A stretch of 64,000 nt of DNA, from assembly GCA_964016885.1 (NCBI GenBank), contig OZ024742.1:13144001-13208000 (forward strand). Direction: 5' to 3'. This document shows positions 11,160 through 23,199 of the stretch, piece after piece (the stretch's first letter is position 1; each line of letters opens with the position of its first letter). This stretch comes from Eledone cirrhosa. Its lineage: Eukaryota. Position numbers and translations under genes: made by a program. A model generated the notes under the pieces. That model was not told the DNA's origin. It saw only the letters and a program-made list of their open reading frames with translations, and ran no database searches.

Positions 11160-12549
11160 TTCAATTTAATTCAATATATTTGGCAGAAATTAAAAGATAG
11201 ATGCTTAAGATGCCATGTAAGGAGGGAAGGGGGGCAAAATTTACACAATCGGAAACACAGTGGTCCAACACCGGTCCAATTTCGCCTTCAATTGTTGCGT
11301 GGTTGACGCGTTGACTACTTCTTCTGGAAGCCGATTCCAGGGTCCAGAGATGCGGATCGAGAAAGCAGCTTTCCGTCTATTTAGGCGAAAGCAGCGGTGA
11401 AACAGCTTTTTGTCATGTCCAGGTAGACCCCTTTCAAGTGCCGGAGTGAAGAGGAGATCTTGAGGGAGATCGTAATGGCCATTGAAGAGATTGTAAGCCA
11501 AGATGAGATCGCCTCTTAGCCGTCGACGCTCCAAGGAGAAGAGGTTCAGCTTCTGCAGCCGGCTTTCGTAAGGCAGCTCATGAAGACCCTGTACCATTCG
11601 AGTCGCTAATCGTTGAACTCTCTCAAAGTGATGGATATGCCGGATGAGATATGGGTTTAATGCTTGGATGCCATATTCTAGGTGCGGTCTCACGAGGGCG
11701 ACATAGAGAGGCCTGAAAATTTCTGGAGTAAGTTTGGCAAAGGAGCGTCAAGAAAAAGAGAGCTCCTTGCCTTGTTTGCGGCTTGAATGCAATGTTTTGG
11801 TTTGACGGACGAGTCGACCAGCAGACCAAGATCTTTAGTATCCTCAACCTCCTTCAAAGGAGCAGTGCCACCGTTGAAGGTAAGAGCTGAGTTATAAGGT
11901 GTACCCACTTCCATATGGCAACACTTATCGACATTGAGGGCTAAATCCCAGTCAATGGACCAACTCCAGGCGCGCTGGAGGCTGGACTTGAGATTGTCGA
12001 TCTCGCTCCTACGGGCTACCATGTTCACAACATCTTTTCACCATGTTTCCACCAATCACGTCCGGCATGTCGTTGATGTATAGAAGGAAGAGAATTGGGC
12101 CCAACACAGAGCCCTGGGGAACGCCGCTGCCTACACCCACCCCCGATGACAGACTACCATTGATCCGAACTCTGCAAGTACGACCCTCAAGGAATGATCC
12201 AATCCACTTTATAATCGAATCATGGAGACCATAGTTGCTGAGCTTATGCAGGAGCAGGCGGTGGTTGACAGAGTCAAAGGCTTTTGCGAAGCCGAGAAAG
12301 ATAATATCGGCCGCATCTCCATCGTCTATTATTCTCCTCACCCATTCTTCCATCACGAGTAGGTTTGTAAGACAGGAACGTTTCGGGATGAAACCGTGTT
12401 GAGATGGAGAGATGGCAGTGAAAGTAGCAAGATGAGCCATAATTGCCCGCTTAATTAGAGATTCCAAGGCTTTACAGACGATTGAGGTGAGGCTCACGGG
12501 TCTTTGTCGCCTTTTTTTAAGATAGGGCAAATTATAGCTGAAACAGCTA
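11160..12549 (-). mobile_element. CR1-clade LINE, 5'-truncated, nested in R4 lineage B
   Basis: CPILKKGDK..RPVSLTSIVCK, QHGF..RSCLTNL, KAFDSVNH, SGVPQGSVLGP, RPHLEY..ERVQRLATR, LERRRLRGDLI, WNRLP. TTGAA-like tail at 11160-11174. The host frame is split between QVYLH (left) and ETDKIMRVGKELLERY (right), with ATGA on both sides. Confidence 0.92.
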
Positions 12550-13855
12550 AGATGAAACAGATAAGATCATGAGAGTTGGGAAGGAACTCCTCGAGAGATA
12601 TTCCCTGTGTGATAACCAAACACTCACACCCAGAGAAGTCGCTCAGCAGTATCGCAGTGAGTCCATGGATGAAAAACTGCATGCTTATCAGCAAAAAATC
12701 ATGCATTGATACGTTGACAGGAAGCTCCAGAGTGAGAGTAATATAGATAAGGAAAGTAGTCTATCTTGGACCAACAACCGCTATATTTGCTCCCACTTTG
12801 AAGGATACGCTTTTGCAATCCAAGAACAAGAGATTAACACGAAATACCTGATTCACAAAAGAGATAGGGATGCAGGCAAAACACCTAGATGTGATAACAA
12901 GTACAGACTCTGCAGAACTAACATCGAGGATATCACCCATGTCATAAGCAGCTGTCGAAAAATGTCATCGCGGTACTATCTACCTATGAGGCATGATGTA
13001 GTGGCCAAAACACTGTCCAATGCAGTCCGGAAAAAAGATAGCCCCGATAATAAACACATTAAAAGCTACAGCAATGTGGAAGACATCCACGTACATAATA
13101 TGAAAGAGTACTGGTGGAATGTTCCAGTAAAAACGCCAATAAAATGCAGGCATAACGGACCAGATATTATGATATGGGACAGGTAGAAGAAAGCATGCAC
13201 AGTAGTGGAAGTTAGCTGCCCAGCAGATGCCAATATAATATCAAAGATTAGCGAAAAGGAGAATATTTATGCAGAACTGATGAGAAATCTGCAGATACTC
13301 CACCCTGATTACACCTTCAGATTTAGGCCTGTGATTATTGGGGCACTGGGGTATGTTAGTAACTGCCTCAATAAAAATCTTGAGAAGCTAGGCTTCACAG
13401 GAACAGAAAGAACACAACTAGTTAGGAAATTACAAGTACAATCCATTAATGGAACAGTAAAAATATGTAAAACATTCCAAACATTATGCATCTAATAACT
13501 GCATATACACATGTACAGATACTAAGCATATACACATGCACACATACAACTCAAAACATCCACATCCACACATACAATAACATCCATATCTACACATGCA
13601 TACATATCTACCTAGTTGATGTTGTGTAAATTTTAATGTGAGAGTCTTGTGTCTGTTAGAAACCGACTCTCTCTCTATTGGGAACAAATTTGTGAAATTA
13701 TAAAACAAGAAGAACATACATACATACATACATACATACATACATACATACACACATACATACAGTTATACAGACATTCACACATACATCAATACATACA
13801 TACATACATACATACATACATACAATCATACATACATACATACATACATACATAC

Positions 13856-14250
13856 CACATTGAAAACGTGTTCTGTTGTGGAGATCAGCTGCCCACTTGA
13901 TGTAAACGTTGTCAGAAAAATACAGGAGAAGGAGGACATCTACGGACCATTGATGAGGAGCTTACAAATCCAGTATCCAAGATACACCTTTAGCTTCATA
14001 CCCATCATTATTGGTGCTACGGGTTATATACCAACCCGCTTGGACCAAAGTATGACCGAACTTGGATTTGCGGACAAAAAGCGCAGCTCCCTAATTCATA
14101 GTCTACAAATGGCTGCGATAGCTGGCACCTTCAAAATATGCAAAACATTCTTGCGATTCAAGGGATGACAATTTCTTTTCTTTTACAACCTTGCCACCAG
14201 GAAGGTGGCCGGTCAAAAAAATATACTCGAAATTAAGAGAAAGAGAAAAC
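13856..14250 (+). mobile_element. R4/Dong-clade lineage A, copy 3 (3' ~400 bp)
   Basis: Near-identical to ~8206-8600, with intact C-terminus GTFKICKTFLRFKG*. Embedded in (CATA)n on both sides. Confidence 0.92.
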
Positions 14251-14618
14251 ATACATACATACATACATACAATCATACATACATACATACATACATACAT
14301 ACATACATACATACATACAATCATACATACATACAAACATACATACATACATACATACATACATACATACATACATACATACATACATACATACATACAT
14401 ACACACATGCTTATAGAAGGAGAGTAGATACTCCTCAAACTATAGCCACCTGTCTATTTATGAAGTTCGATCTCTGAAGACCATTGATTGATTATTTAGT
14501 TATTATATTACATCACTATCACTAATGACATGCAATGGTATAAATCTCTTACTGCACATTTGTAGTTGTCATCAATATCGATTATTGTATATACAGTATC
14601 GATAAATGGACAGATAAT

Positions 14619-17600
14619 GTGGTGGTTATGTGGTGGTGGTGGTGGTGTTGGTGGTGGTGGTGGTGGTGGCGGTGGTGGTGGCGGTGGTGGTGGTGGTGTG
14701 CTGTGGTGGTGGTGGTGGTGGTGGTGGTGTTGGTGGTGGTGGTGGTGGTGGCGGTGGTGGTGGTGTGCTGTGGTGGTGGTGGTAGTTGTGGTGGTGGTGG
14801 TGTGGTGGTGGTGGTGGTGGTGGTGGTGTGCTGTGGTGGTGGTGGTGGTGGTGGTGGTGGTGTGCTGTGGTGGTGGTGGTTGTGGTGGTGGTGGTTGTGG
14901 TGGTGGTGGTGTGGTGGTGTTGAGGTGATGGTGGTATTGGTGTTGGTGGTGGTGGTGGTGGTGGTATTGGTGGTGGTGGTGGTTGTGGTATGGTGGCGGT
15001 GATGGTGGTGTTGGTGGTGGTGTTGTTGTGTGATGGTGATGGTGGTGGTGGCGGTGGTGGTGTGGGGGTTGTGGTGGTGTTGGTGGTAGTGGTGATGGTA
15101 ATGGTGGTGTGGTGGTGTGGTCGTGGTGGTGGTGGTGGTAGTGTGGTGGTGGTGGTGGTGTGGTAGTGGTGGTGATGGTGATGGTGGTGTGGTGGTGTGG
15201 TGGCGGATGTTGTGGTGGTGGTGTGGTGGTGGTGATGGTGCTGGTAGTGTGGGGGTGTGGTGGTGTGGTAGTATGGTGGTGGTGGTGGTGGTGGTGGTGG
15301 TGGTAGTGGTAGTGGTGGTGGTGGTTGTGGTGAGGTGGTGGTGGTGGTGTTGGTGGTGGTGGTTGTGGTGTGGTGGTGGTGGCGGTGGTGGTGGTGGTGT
15401 GCTGTAGTGGTGGTGGTGGTGGTGGTGGTGGTTGTGGTGGTGGTGGTGCGGTGGTGGTGGTGGTGAGGTGGTGGTGATGGTAATGGTGGTGTGGTGGTGT
15501 GGTCGTGGTGGTGGTGGTGGTGGTGTGGTGGTGGTGGTGGTGTGGTAGTGGTGGTGATGGTGATAGTGGTGTGGTGGTGTGGTGGCGGATGTTGTGGTGG
15601 TGGTGTGATGGTGGTGGTGGTGTGCTGGTGGTGATGGTGCTGGTAGTGTGGTGGTGTGGTGTTGTGGTAGTATGGTGGTGGTGGTGGTGGTGGTGGTGGA
15701 GGTGGTGGTAGTGGTGGTGGTGGTTGTGGTGAGGTGGTGGTGGTGGTGTTGGTGGTGGTAGTGGTGGTGGTTGTGGTGTGGTGGTGGTGTTGGTGTGGTG
15801 GTGTGGTGGTGTAGTGGTGGTGGTTGCGGTGGTGGTGGTGGTGGTGGTGGTGGTGGTGTTGGTGTGGTGGTGCGGTGGTGTGGTGGTGGTGTGGTGGTGG
15901 TGGTGGTGGCGTTGTTGGTGTGGTGGTGGTGGTGGGTGTGGTGTTGTGGTTGTGGTGGCGATGTTGTTGGTGGTGTTGCTGTGGTGGCGTGGTGTTGGTG
16001 GTGGTGGTGGTGTTGGTGCTGGTGGTGGTGGTGGTGGTGGTGGTGGTGTGGTGTTGGTGGTGGTGGTGTGGTGGTGGTAGTGGTGGTGGTGGTGGTGTTG
16101 TTGGTGATGGTGGTGGTGGTTGTGGTGTGGTGGTGGTGGTGGTGTGGTGGTCGCGGTGGTGGTTGTGGTGAGATGGTGGTGGTGGTGGTGGTGGCAGTGG
16201 TGGTGGTGGTTGTGGTGTGGTGGTGGTGGTGGCGATGTTATTGGTGGTGGTGGTGTGTTGGTGTGGTTGTGTGGTGGTGGTGGTGGTGGTGGTGGTGGTG
16301 ATGGTTGTGGTGTGGTGTTGGTGGTGGTGTTGGTGTTGGTGGTGGTGGTGGTTGTGGTGTAGTGGTGGTGTTGGTGGTGCTGGTGGTGGTGGTTGTGGTG
16401 TGGTGGTGGTGGTGGTGGTGGTGGTGGTGGTGGGAGTGGTGGTGTTTGTGGTGGTGTGGTGTTGGTAGTGGTGTTGGAGGTGTTGGTGTGGTGGTTTCTT
16501 GTGGTGTCGTGGTGGTGGTGGTGTGGTGGTGTTGAGGTGATGGTGGTATTGGTGTTGGTGGTGGTGGTGGTGGTGGTATTGATGGTGGTGGTGATTGTGG
16601 TATGGTGGCGGTAATGGTGGTGTTGGTGGTGGTGTTGTTGTGTGATGGTGATGGTGGTGGTGGCGGTGGTGGTGTGGGGGTTGTGGTGGTGGTGGTGGTA
16701 GTGGTGGTGGTGGTGGTGGTGGTGGTGGTGGTGGTGGTGGTGGTGGTGATGGTGGTGGTGGTGGTGGTAGTTGTGGTGGTGGTGTGGTGTTGCGGTGCTG
16801 TGGTGGTGGTGGTGGTTGTGGTGTGGTGGTGGTGGTGTGGTGGCGGCGGTGGTTTGGTGGTGGTGTGGTGGTGGTGGTGGTGGTTATGCTGGTGGTGCGG
16901 GGCTGTGGTGGTGCTGGTGGTTGCGGTCGTGGTGGTGGCGGTGGTGTTGTTGTTGGCGGTGGTGGTGGTCATGTGGTGGTGGTGGTGGTGTGGTGGTGGT
17001 GTGCTGTAGTGGTGATGGTGCTGGTAGTGTGGTGGTGTGGTGTTGTGGTAGTATGGTGGTGGTGGTGGTGGTGGTGGTGGTGGTGGTGGTGGTGGTAGTG
17101 GTGGTGGTGGTTGTGGTGAGGTGGTGGTGGTGGTGTTGGTGGTGGTAGTGGTGGTGGTTGTGGTGTGGTGGTGGTGTTGGTGTGGTGGTGTGGTGGTGTA
17201 GTGGTGGTGGTTGCGGTGGTGGGGGTGGTGGTGGTGGTGGTGGTTTGGTGTGATGGTGCGGTGGTGTTGTGGTGGTGTGGTGGTGGTGGTGGTGGCGTTG
17301 TTGGTGTGGTGGTGGTGGTGGGTGTGGTGTTGTGGTTGTGGTGGCGATGTTGTTGGTGGTGTTGCTGTGGTGGCGTGGTGTTGGTGGTGGTGGTGGTGTT
17401 GGTGGTGGTGGTGGTGGTGGTGGTGGTGGTGGTGGTGGTGGTGGTGTGGTGTTGGTGGTGGTAGTGGTGGTGGTGGTGGTGGTGGTGGTGGTGGTGGTGG
17501 TGGTGGTGGTGGTGGTGATAGTGGTGGTGGTGGTGGTGTTGTTGGTGATGGTGGTGGTGGTTGTGGTGTGGTGGTGGTGGTGGTGTGGTGGTCGCGGTGG

Positions 17601-20255
17601 TGGTTGTGGTGAGATGGTGGTGGTGGTGGTGGTGGTGGTGATGGTGGTGGTGGTGGTGGTGGTAGTTGTGGTGGTGGTGGTTTTGTGGTGGTGGTGGTGG
17701 TGTTGCCGGTGGTGGTGTGGTGGTGGTGTTGGTGGTGGTGGGTGTGGTGTGGTGGTGTGGTGGTGTGGTGGTGGTGGTGGTGGTGGTGGTAGTGGTGGTG
17801 GTGGTGGTGGTGTGGTGTTGGTGGTGTGGTGGTGGTGGTGGTAGTGGTGGTGGTGGTGGTGTTGTTGGTGATGGTGGTGGTGGTTGTGGTGTGGTGGTGG
17901 TGGTGGTGTGGTGGTCGCGGTGGTGGTTGTGGTGAGATGGTGGTGGTGGTGGTGGTGGTGGTGATGGTGGTGGTGGTGGTGGTGGTGGTGGTGGTAGTTG
18001 TGGTGGTGGTGGTTTTGTGGTGGTGGTGGTGGTGTTGCCGGTGGTGGTGTGGTGGTGGTGTTGGTGGTGGTGGGTGTGGTGTGGTGGTGTGGTGGTGTGG
18101 TGGTGGTTGTGGTGGTGGTGGTGGTGGTAGTGGTGGTTGTGGTATGGTGGTAGTGGTGGTGTTGGTGGTGGTGGTGGTGGTGGTGTGGTGGTGGTGGTGT
18201 GGTGGTGCTGGTGGTGCTGGTGGTGCTGGTGCTGGTGGTGTGTGGTGGTGGTTGTGATCTGGTTGTCGTTGCGGTGGTGGTGGTGGTGTGGTGGTGTTGG
18301 TGGTGGTGGTGGTGGTGGTGGTGTGGTGGTGGTGGTGGTTGTGGTGAGATGGTGGTGTTGGTGGTGGTGGTGGTGGTGGTTGTGGTGTGGTGGTGGTGTG
18401 GCGGTGGTGGTGGTCGTCGTGGTGGTGGTGTTGTTGGTGGTGGTGGTCGTGGTGTGGTGGTGGTGGTGTTGGTGGTGGTGTGTTGTTGGTGCTGGTGCTG
18501 GTGTGGTGGTGGTAGTGGTGGTGGTGGTGGTGGTGGAGGTGGTGGTGGTGGTGGTGGTGTGGTGGTGTTGGTGGTGGTAGTGTTGGTGTGGTGGTGGTGG
18601 TTGTGGTGAGATGGTGGTGTTTGTGGTGGTGTTGGTGGTGGTTGTTGTGTGGTGATGGTGGTGGTGTTGGTGGTGGTTGTGGTGTGGTGGTGGTGTGGTG
18701 GGGGTGGGGTGGTCGTGGTGGTAGTGTTGTTGGTGGTGGTGGTCGTGGTGTGGTGGTGTTGGTCGTGGTGGTGGTGTTGTTGGTGGTGGTGGTCGTGGTG
18801 TGGTGGTGGTAGCGGTGGTGGTGGTGGTGGTTGTGTTGGTGGAGGTGGTGGTGTGGTGTTGGTGGTGGTGGTGTGGTGGTGGTAGTGGTGGTGGTGGTGG
18901 TGTTGTTGTTGTTGGTGGTGGTGGTTGTGGTGTGGTGGTGGTGGTGGTGGTGGTGTGGTGGTCGCGGTGGTGGTTGTGGTGAGATGGTGGTGATGGTGGT
19001 GGTAGTGGTGGTGGTGGTTGTGGTGTGGTGGTGGTGGTGGCGATGTTATTGGTAGTGGTGGTGTGTTGGTGTGGCTGTGTGGTGGTGGTGGTGGTGGTGG
19101 TGGTGATGGTTGTGGTGTGGTGTTGGTGGTGGTGTTGGTGTTGGTGGTGGTGGTGGTTGTGGTGTAGTGGTGGTGTTGGTGGTGGTGGTGGTGGTGGTGG
19201 TTGTTGTGTGGTGGTGGTGGTGGTGTTGGTGGTGGGAGTGGTGGTGTTTGTGGTGGTGTGGTGGTGGTGGTGGTGGAGGTGTTGGTGTGGTGGTGTGGTG
19301 GTGGTTGTGGTGTCGTGGTGGTGGCGGTGTTGGTGGTGGTGGTGGTGTTGTTGTGTTGTCGTGTGGTGATGTGGTGGTGGTGGTGGTGGTGTCGGTGATG
19401 GTTGTGGTGTGGTGGTGGTGGTGTTGGTGGTGGTGGTTGTTGTGGTGTAGTGGTGGTGGTGGTAGGGGTGATGGTGGTGGTGGTGGTGGTGGTAGGGGTG
19501 ATGGTGGTGGTGGTGTTGGTGATGGTTGTGGTGTGGTGGTGGTGGTGTTGGTGGTGGTGTTTGTTGTGGTGTGGTGGTGGTGGTGGTGGTAGGGGTGATG
19601 GTGGTGGTGGTGGTGGTAGGGGTGATGGTGGTGGTGGTGGTGGTGGTGCTGGTGGTGGTGGTGGTGTGGTGGTGGTGGTTGTGGTGGTGGTGGTGGTGGT
19701 GTGGTGGTGGTGGTGGTGGTGCTTTTGGTGTTGGTGGTGGTGGTGGTAGTTGTGGTGTGGTGGTGGTGGTGGTGTGGTGGTGTTGGTGGTGGTGGTGGTG
19801 GTGGTGTGGTGGTGGTGGTTGTGGTGAGATGGTGGTGTTGGTGGTGGTGTTGGTGGTGGTTTGTGGTGTGGTGGTGGTGTGGCGGTGGTGCTGGTTGTCG
19901 TGGTGGTGGTGTTGTTGGTGTTGGTGGTCGTGGTGTGGTGGTGGTGGTGGTGTTGGTGGTAGTGGTGTGGTGTTGGTGGTGGTGCTGGTGTGGTGGTGGT
20001 AGTGGTGGTGGTGGTGGTGTTGGAGGTGGTGGTGGTGGTGGTGGTGGTGGTGGTTGTGGTGTGATGGTGGTGGTGGTGTGGTGGTGTTGAGGTGATGGTG
20101 GTATTGGTGTTGGTGGTTGTGGCGGTGGTGGTGTGGTGGTGGTGGTGGTGGTGGTGTGGTGGTGATGGTGGTGGTGGTGTTACTGGTGGTGGTGGTGTTA
20201 CTGGTGGTGGTGGTGGTGGTGTTACTGGTGGTCTGGGGGTGGTGGTGGTGGTGTC
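14619..20255. repeat. ~5.6-kb degenerate (GGT)n/(GTGGT) satellite
   Basis: Seen directly, with recurring variant blocks such as GGTCGCGGTGGTGGTTGTGGTGAGATGG. It is the source of the poly-V/W/G and poly-T/P/H ORFs. Confidence 0.97.
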
Positions 20256-20384
20256 TGCGGTGAGGTTGGAGGGAGGTGGTGTGGAGTATTTTATAAGTTT
20301 CACTTCGTTAACTCTTTCAAATCATGACTGCATCAATATGTCTCGCAAGTTGTCAATAAAACGATGTCTAATGAGTGGAAAGGT

Positions 20385-20605
20385 GAGAGACTGGTTTAAA
20401 ACAATGAGAGACCGAGAGGAAAGAGAGAGACAAAAGAGAGGAAGAAAAGGTGAGAAAGGGGAGATAGAAGGGGAGAGAGGGAGAGAAAAGGAGAGAGAGC
20501 GACGGGAAGAAAAGGAGAGAGAGACGAGGAGAAAGGTAGAGAGAGAGGGTGATAAATGGAGAGAGAGGGTGAGATAGAGGAAGTGGAGAGAGAAGGAGAA
20601 ACATG
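20385..20605. repeat. GA-rich low-complexity tract
   Basis: Polypurine run on the + strand. Confidence 0.85.
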
Positions 20606-20671
20606 GAAGTGTGAGTGGGATGGGGGCAAAAGTGGAACATTAAAAGAACTAAAGAGATATTAATTAATAAA

Positions 20672-21515
20672 GGTTTCTGTCATAGACACAAGGTCAGATA
20701 TTTGGGAGGTATTAATTAGTTAATTAAATTAACACTAATATTTGAATAACACCTTATTCTATTGACCCCGTAAGAAAGGTAAAGTTATTCTCGGTAAGAT
20801 GTGAACTCATAAAGGGACGTAGCTAAATGTCACAAGTCATTTTGTTCTACATCAATCTGTCACAACTTTTTAAATAATGACATTCTTAAAACATAATATC
20901 AATTATAAAAACAACAATAATAATTATTGTTTCTACTTTTCGCACAAGGCTAGCAATCACCCCAGTGTATTACTGGTACTTTATTTTAAAGACCCCCGTA
21001 AGGATGAAAGGCAAAGTTAACCTCGGCGGGATTTGAACTCAGATCATAAAGGGCCGTAACCCTCTGCTGCAAAGCATGGTGTCCGACCCTCTACCGATAC
21101 TGCCAAAATGACATTCTTAAAACATATGATCTGAGTTCAAATCCCGCCGAGGTTAGCTTTGCCTTTCATCCTTACGGGGTCGATAAAATAAAGTACCAGT
21201 CATAAGCTGGGGTCGATCTAATCGACTTTCCCCTCCCCTAAAATTGCTGGTCTTGTGCCTAAATAAGAAACTATTCTTAAAACATAATATCAATTATAAA
21301 AACAATACAATAATAATAATATTGGTTTCTGATTTAGGTACAAGGGTAGCAATTTTGGAGAAGGTGAAATTCGATTAAATCGACCCTAGTACATTACTGG
21401 TACTTTACTTTATCGACCTTGTAAAGATGAAAAGCTAAACTAACCACGGTAGGGTGTGAACTCAGAACGTAAAGGGCCATAGCGAAATGCCACAAGTTTT
21501 TTTTTTCGACAACAA
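20672..21515. mobile_element. Cluster of four S1 SINEs: 20672-20850 (-, old), 20929-21106 (-, near full-length), 21127-21272 (+), 21323-21515 (-)
   Basis: The S1 core is present in each copy. The 20929-21106 copy has A-box-like TGGCAGTATCGG and B-box GAGTTCAAATCC. The + copy is flanked by the 14-bp duplication ATTCTTAAAACATA (21113-21126 and 21273-21286). Confidence 0.85.
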
Positions 21516-21965
21516 TCTAAATATTGACATTTAAAAAAAAATATCAATTATAACAACAGCAACAATAACAACGAGAAGAAGAAGAACAACAATGATAATA
21601 ATAATAACAAAGATAATAACGATGATAAAAACAATAATTGTACGAAGGAGAAGATTCTATGAAATGTGGATGTTGTATGAGATCGTTGAATAGCTGGTTG
21701 GAATTTAGATGAAAGTTAGAGAAATAATAAAGAACGATGAGATGTATGTTGTAGGTTGAATAGTAATGGAGAGAGGCTCAGTCTAATGGATGTTTCACGT
21801 GACAAGAGTACATAGAGCTTGATATAAACAGCTTTCTCTATAAACCTTCCTTTCATATTTGTATTTACATCATGTAGGAAGATCATTTATAAAACAAAAT
21901 ATCTTTTAAAGCAAAACAGTCTGAGGAACTGATAAGGAATTCTACACACACATAGATAGATAGAC

Positions 21966-22012
<47 letters not shown>

Positions 22013-22022
22013 TTGATAGATA

Positions 22023-22100
<78 letters not shown>

Positions 22101-22104
<4 letters not shown>

Positions 22105-22210
22105 CTTTATTTGCCACAGGGGCGTACAAAAATGGGACATTATAAGACGTGACGGCGGGGATTTTACATAAAAATCATATAACTTTAACATTAATAAATG
22201 ACAATAAACT
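22101..22210 (-). mobile_element. Very short 3'-end fragment of a Tx1-like LINE in a (GA)n/(GATA)n tract
   Basis: Minus strand ends GCCCCTGTGGCAAATAAAGAAAT, matching the 3' end GCCCCTGTGGCTAATAAAGAAAC of the Tx1-like element at 56517. Confidence 0.65.
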
Positions 22211-22249
22211 ATAGAGATAGATAGAGAGATAGATAGAGAGAGAGAGAGA

Positions 22250-22280
<31 letters not shown>

Positions 22281-22483
22281 GGATTAAGATAGATAGCTAG
22301 ATAGAGAGAGAGAGAGGGAGAGAGAGAGAGAGATTAAGATAAATAGGTAATATATTTCAAAGGCGTTATATTAAAACGATAACTGTGTTTAATAAGGATT
22401 TGTCATATTTCCAGCATCCAACATTTTACTAATATTCCTTTCAACCAATGCAAGGAACTGAAGAATCCCGCCACTGTTACCAT

Positions 22484-22695
22484 GGTTTCTGATTTAGGTA
22501 CCAGACCAACAAATTTGGTGGGGGGAAGTCGAATAGATCAACCCCGGGGCGTTACTGGTACTTTATTTTATTGACCCCGTAAGGATGAAAGGCAAACCTA
22601 GCCTCGGTGTAGTTTGAACTCAGAATGTAAAGAGCCGTAATTCAATGCCGCACAGCATGTTGTCCGACGCTCTACCGATTACTGACAATCAGCTA
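22484..22695 (-). mobile_element. SINE family S1, near full-length
   Basis: S1 core, B-box GAGTTCAAA and degenerate head. Confidence 0.82.
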
Positions 22696-22713
22696 TCCCT
22701 AAAAAGTTAACTT

Positions 22714-22789
22714 TGGCCGCTATGTGGAATCGAACACCACATCACTCCGATACTGGCTAGACGCTTTAAACCATTAGACCACAGCTGAC
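22714..22789 (-). pseudogene. Degenerate tRNA-like sequence (AGT at the anticodon position, Thr-like), or a SINE head
   Basis: GTCAGCTGTGGTCTAATGGTTTAAAGCGTCTAGCCAGTATCGGAGTGATGTGGTGTTCGATTCCACATAGCGGCCA has an A-box (TGGTCTAATGG), a B-box (GTTCGATTCC), T-stem TGTGG/CCACA and a CCA end. D and anticodon stems pair poorly. Confidence 0.55.
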
Positions 22790-22821
22790 ACTCTTAAAAT
22801 TACAATTAGACTTAGTTATTT

Positions 22822-23004
22822 GGATTGGCAGTATCGGTAGAGAGTCGGACACCATGCTTTGCAGCATAGAGTTACCGCCCTTTACAATCTAAGTTTAAAT
22901 CTCGCCGAGGTTAACTTTGCCTTTCATCCTTACGGGGTCGATAAAATAAAGTACCAGTAATACACTGAGATAATAGCTGGCCTTGTGCCAAAAGTAGAAA
23001 CAAT
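22822..23004 (+). mobile_element. SINE family S1, near full-length
   Basis: Head TGGCAGTATCGGTAGAG, mutated B-box, S1 core and GGCCTTGTGCCAAAAGTAGAAAC end. Confidence 0.85.
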
Positions 23005-23102
23005 ATCATAACAATATGGTCCTCCAAAAATATAACAATATATATATGTGTGCGTGTGTGTGTGGATATATGTATTTATGTATATATATATATGTGCATG
23101 TG

Positions 23103-23133
<31 letters not shown>

Positions 23134-23163
23134 ATACATATATACATATATACCAATATTTCA

Positions 23164-23199
<36 letters not shown>

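Larger units (their letters stand above)
8625..13714 (+). mobile_element. R4/Dong-clade lineage B, degenerate, interrupted by a SINE and a CR1
   Basis: N-terminal FSWTCELNDDLFNCYKMAKNNPSIGYMNKMKLHW is homologous to the 24195 ORF N-terminus. RT at 9751..10710 (KTPGRD, NYRPIAC, DYRKAFDSVPH), GGRGL, and REL C-terminus at ~12780-13495 (MRHD, GPDIMIWD, EVSCP, IIGALG). The 3' UTR ends GAAATTATAAAACAAGAAGAAC before (ATAC)n. Confidence 0.88.

Noticed and set aside
16884-20303. 1139-aa Pro/Thr/His-rich ORF resembling an extensin or mucin
   Set aside because: It is the (ACC)n strand of the satellite. It drifts among poly-P, poly-T and poly-H as the phase slips, starts at GTG, and lacks stops only because of base composition.
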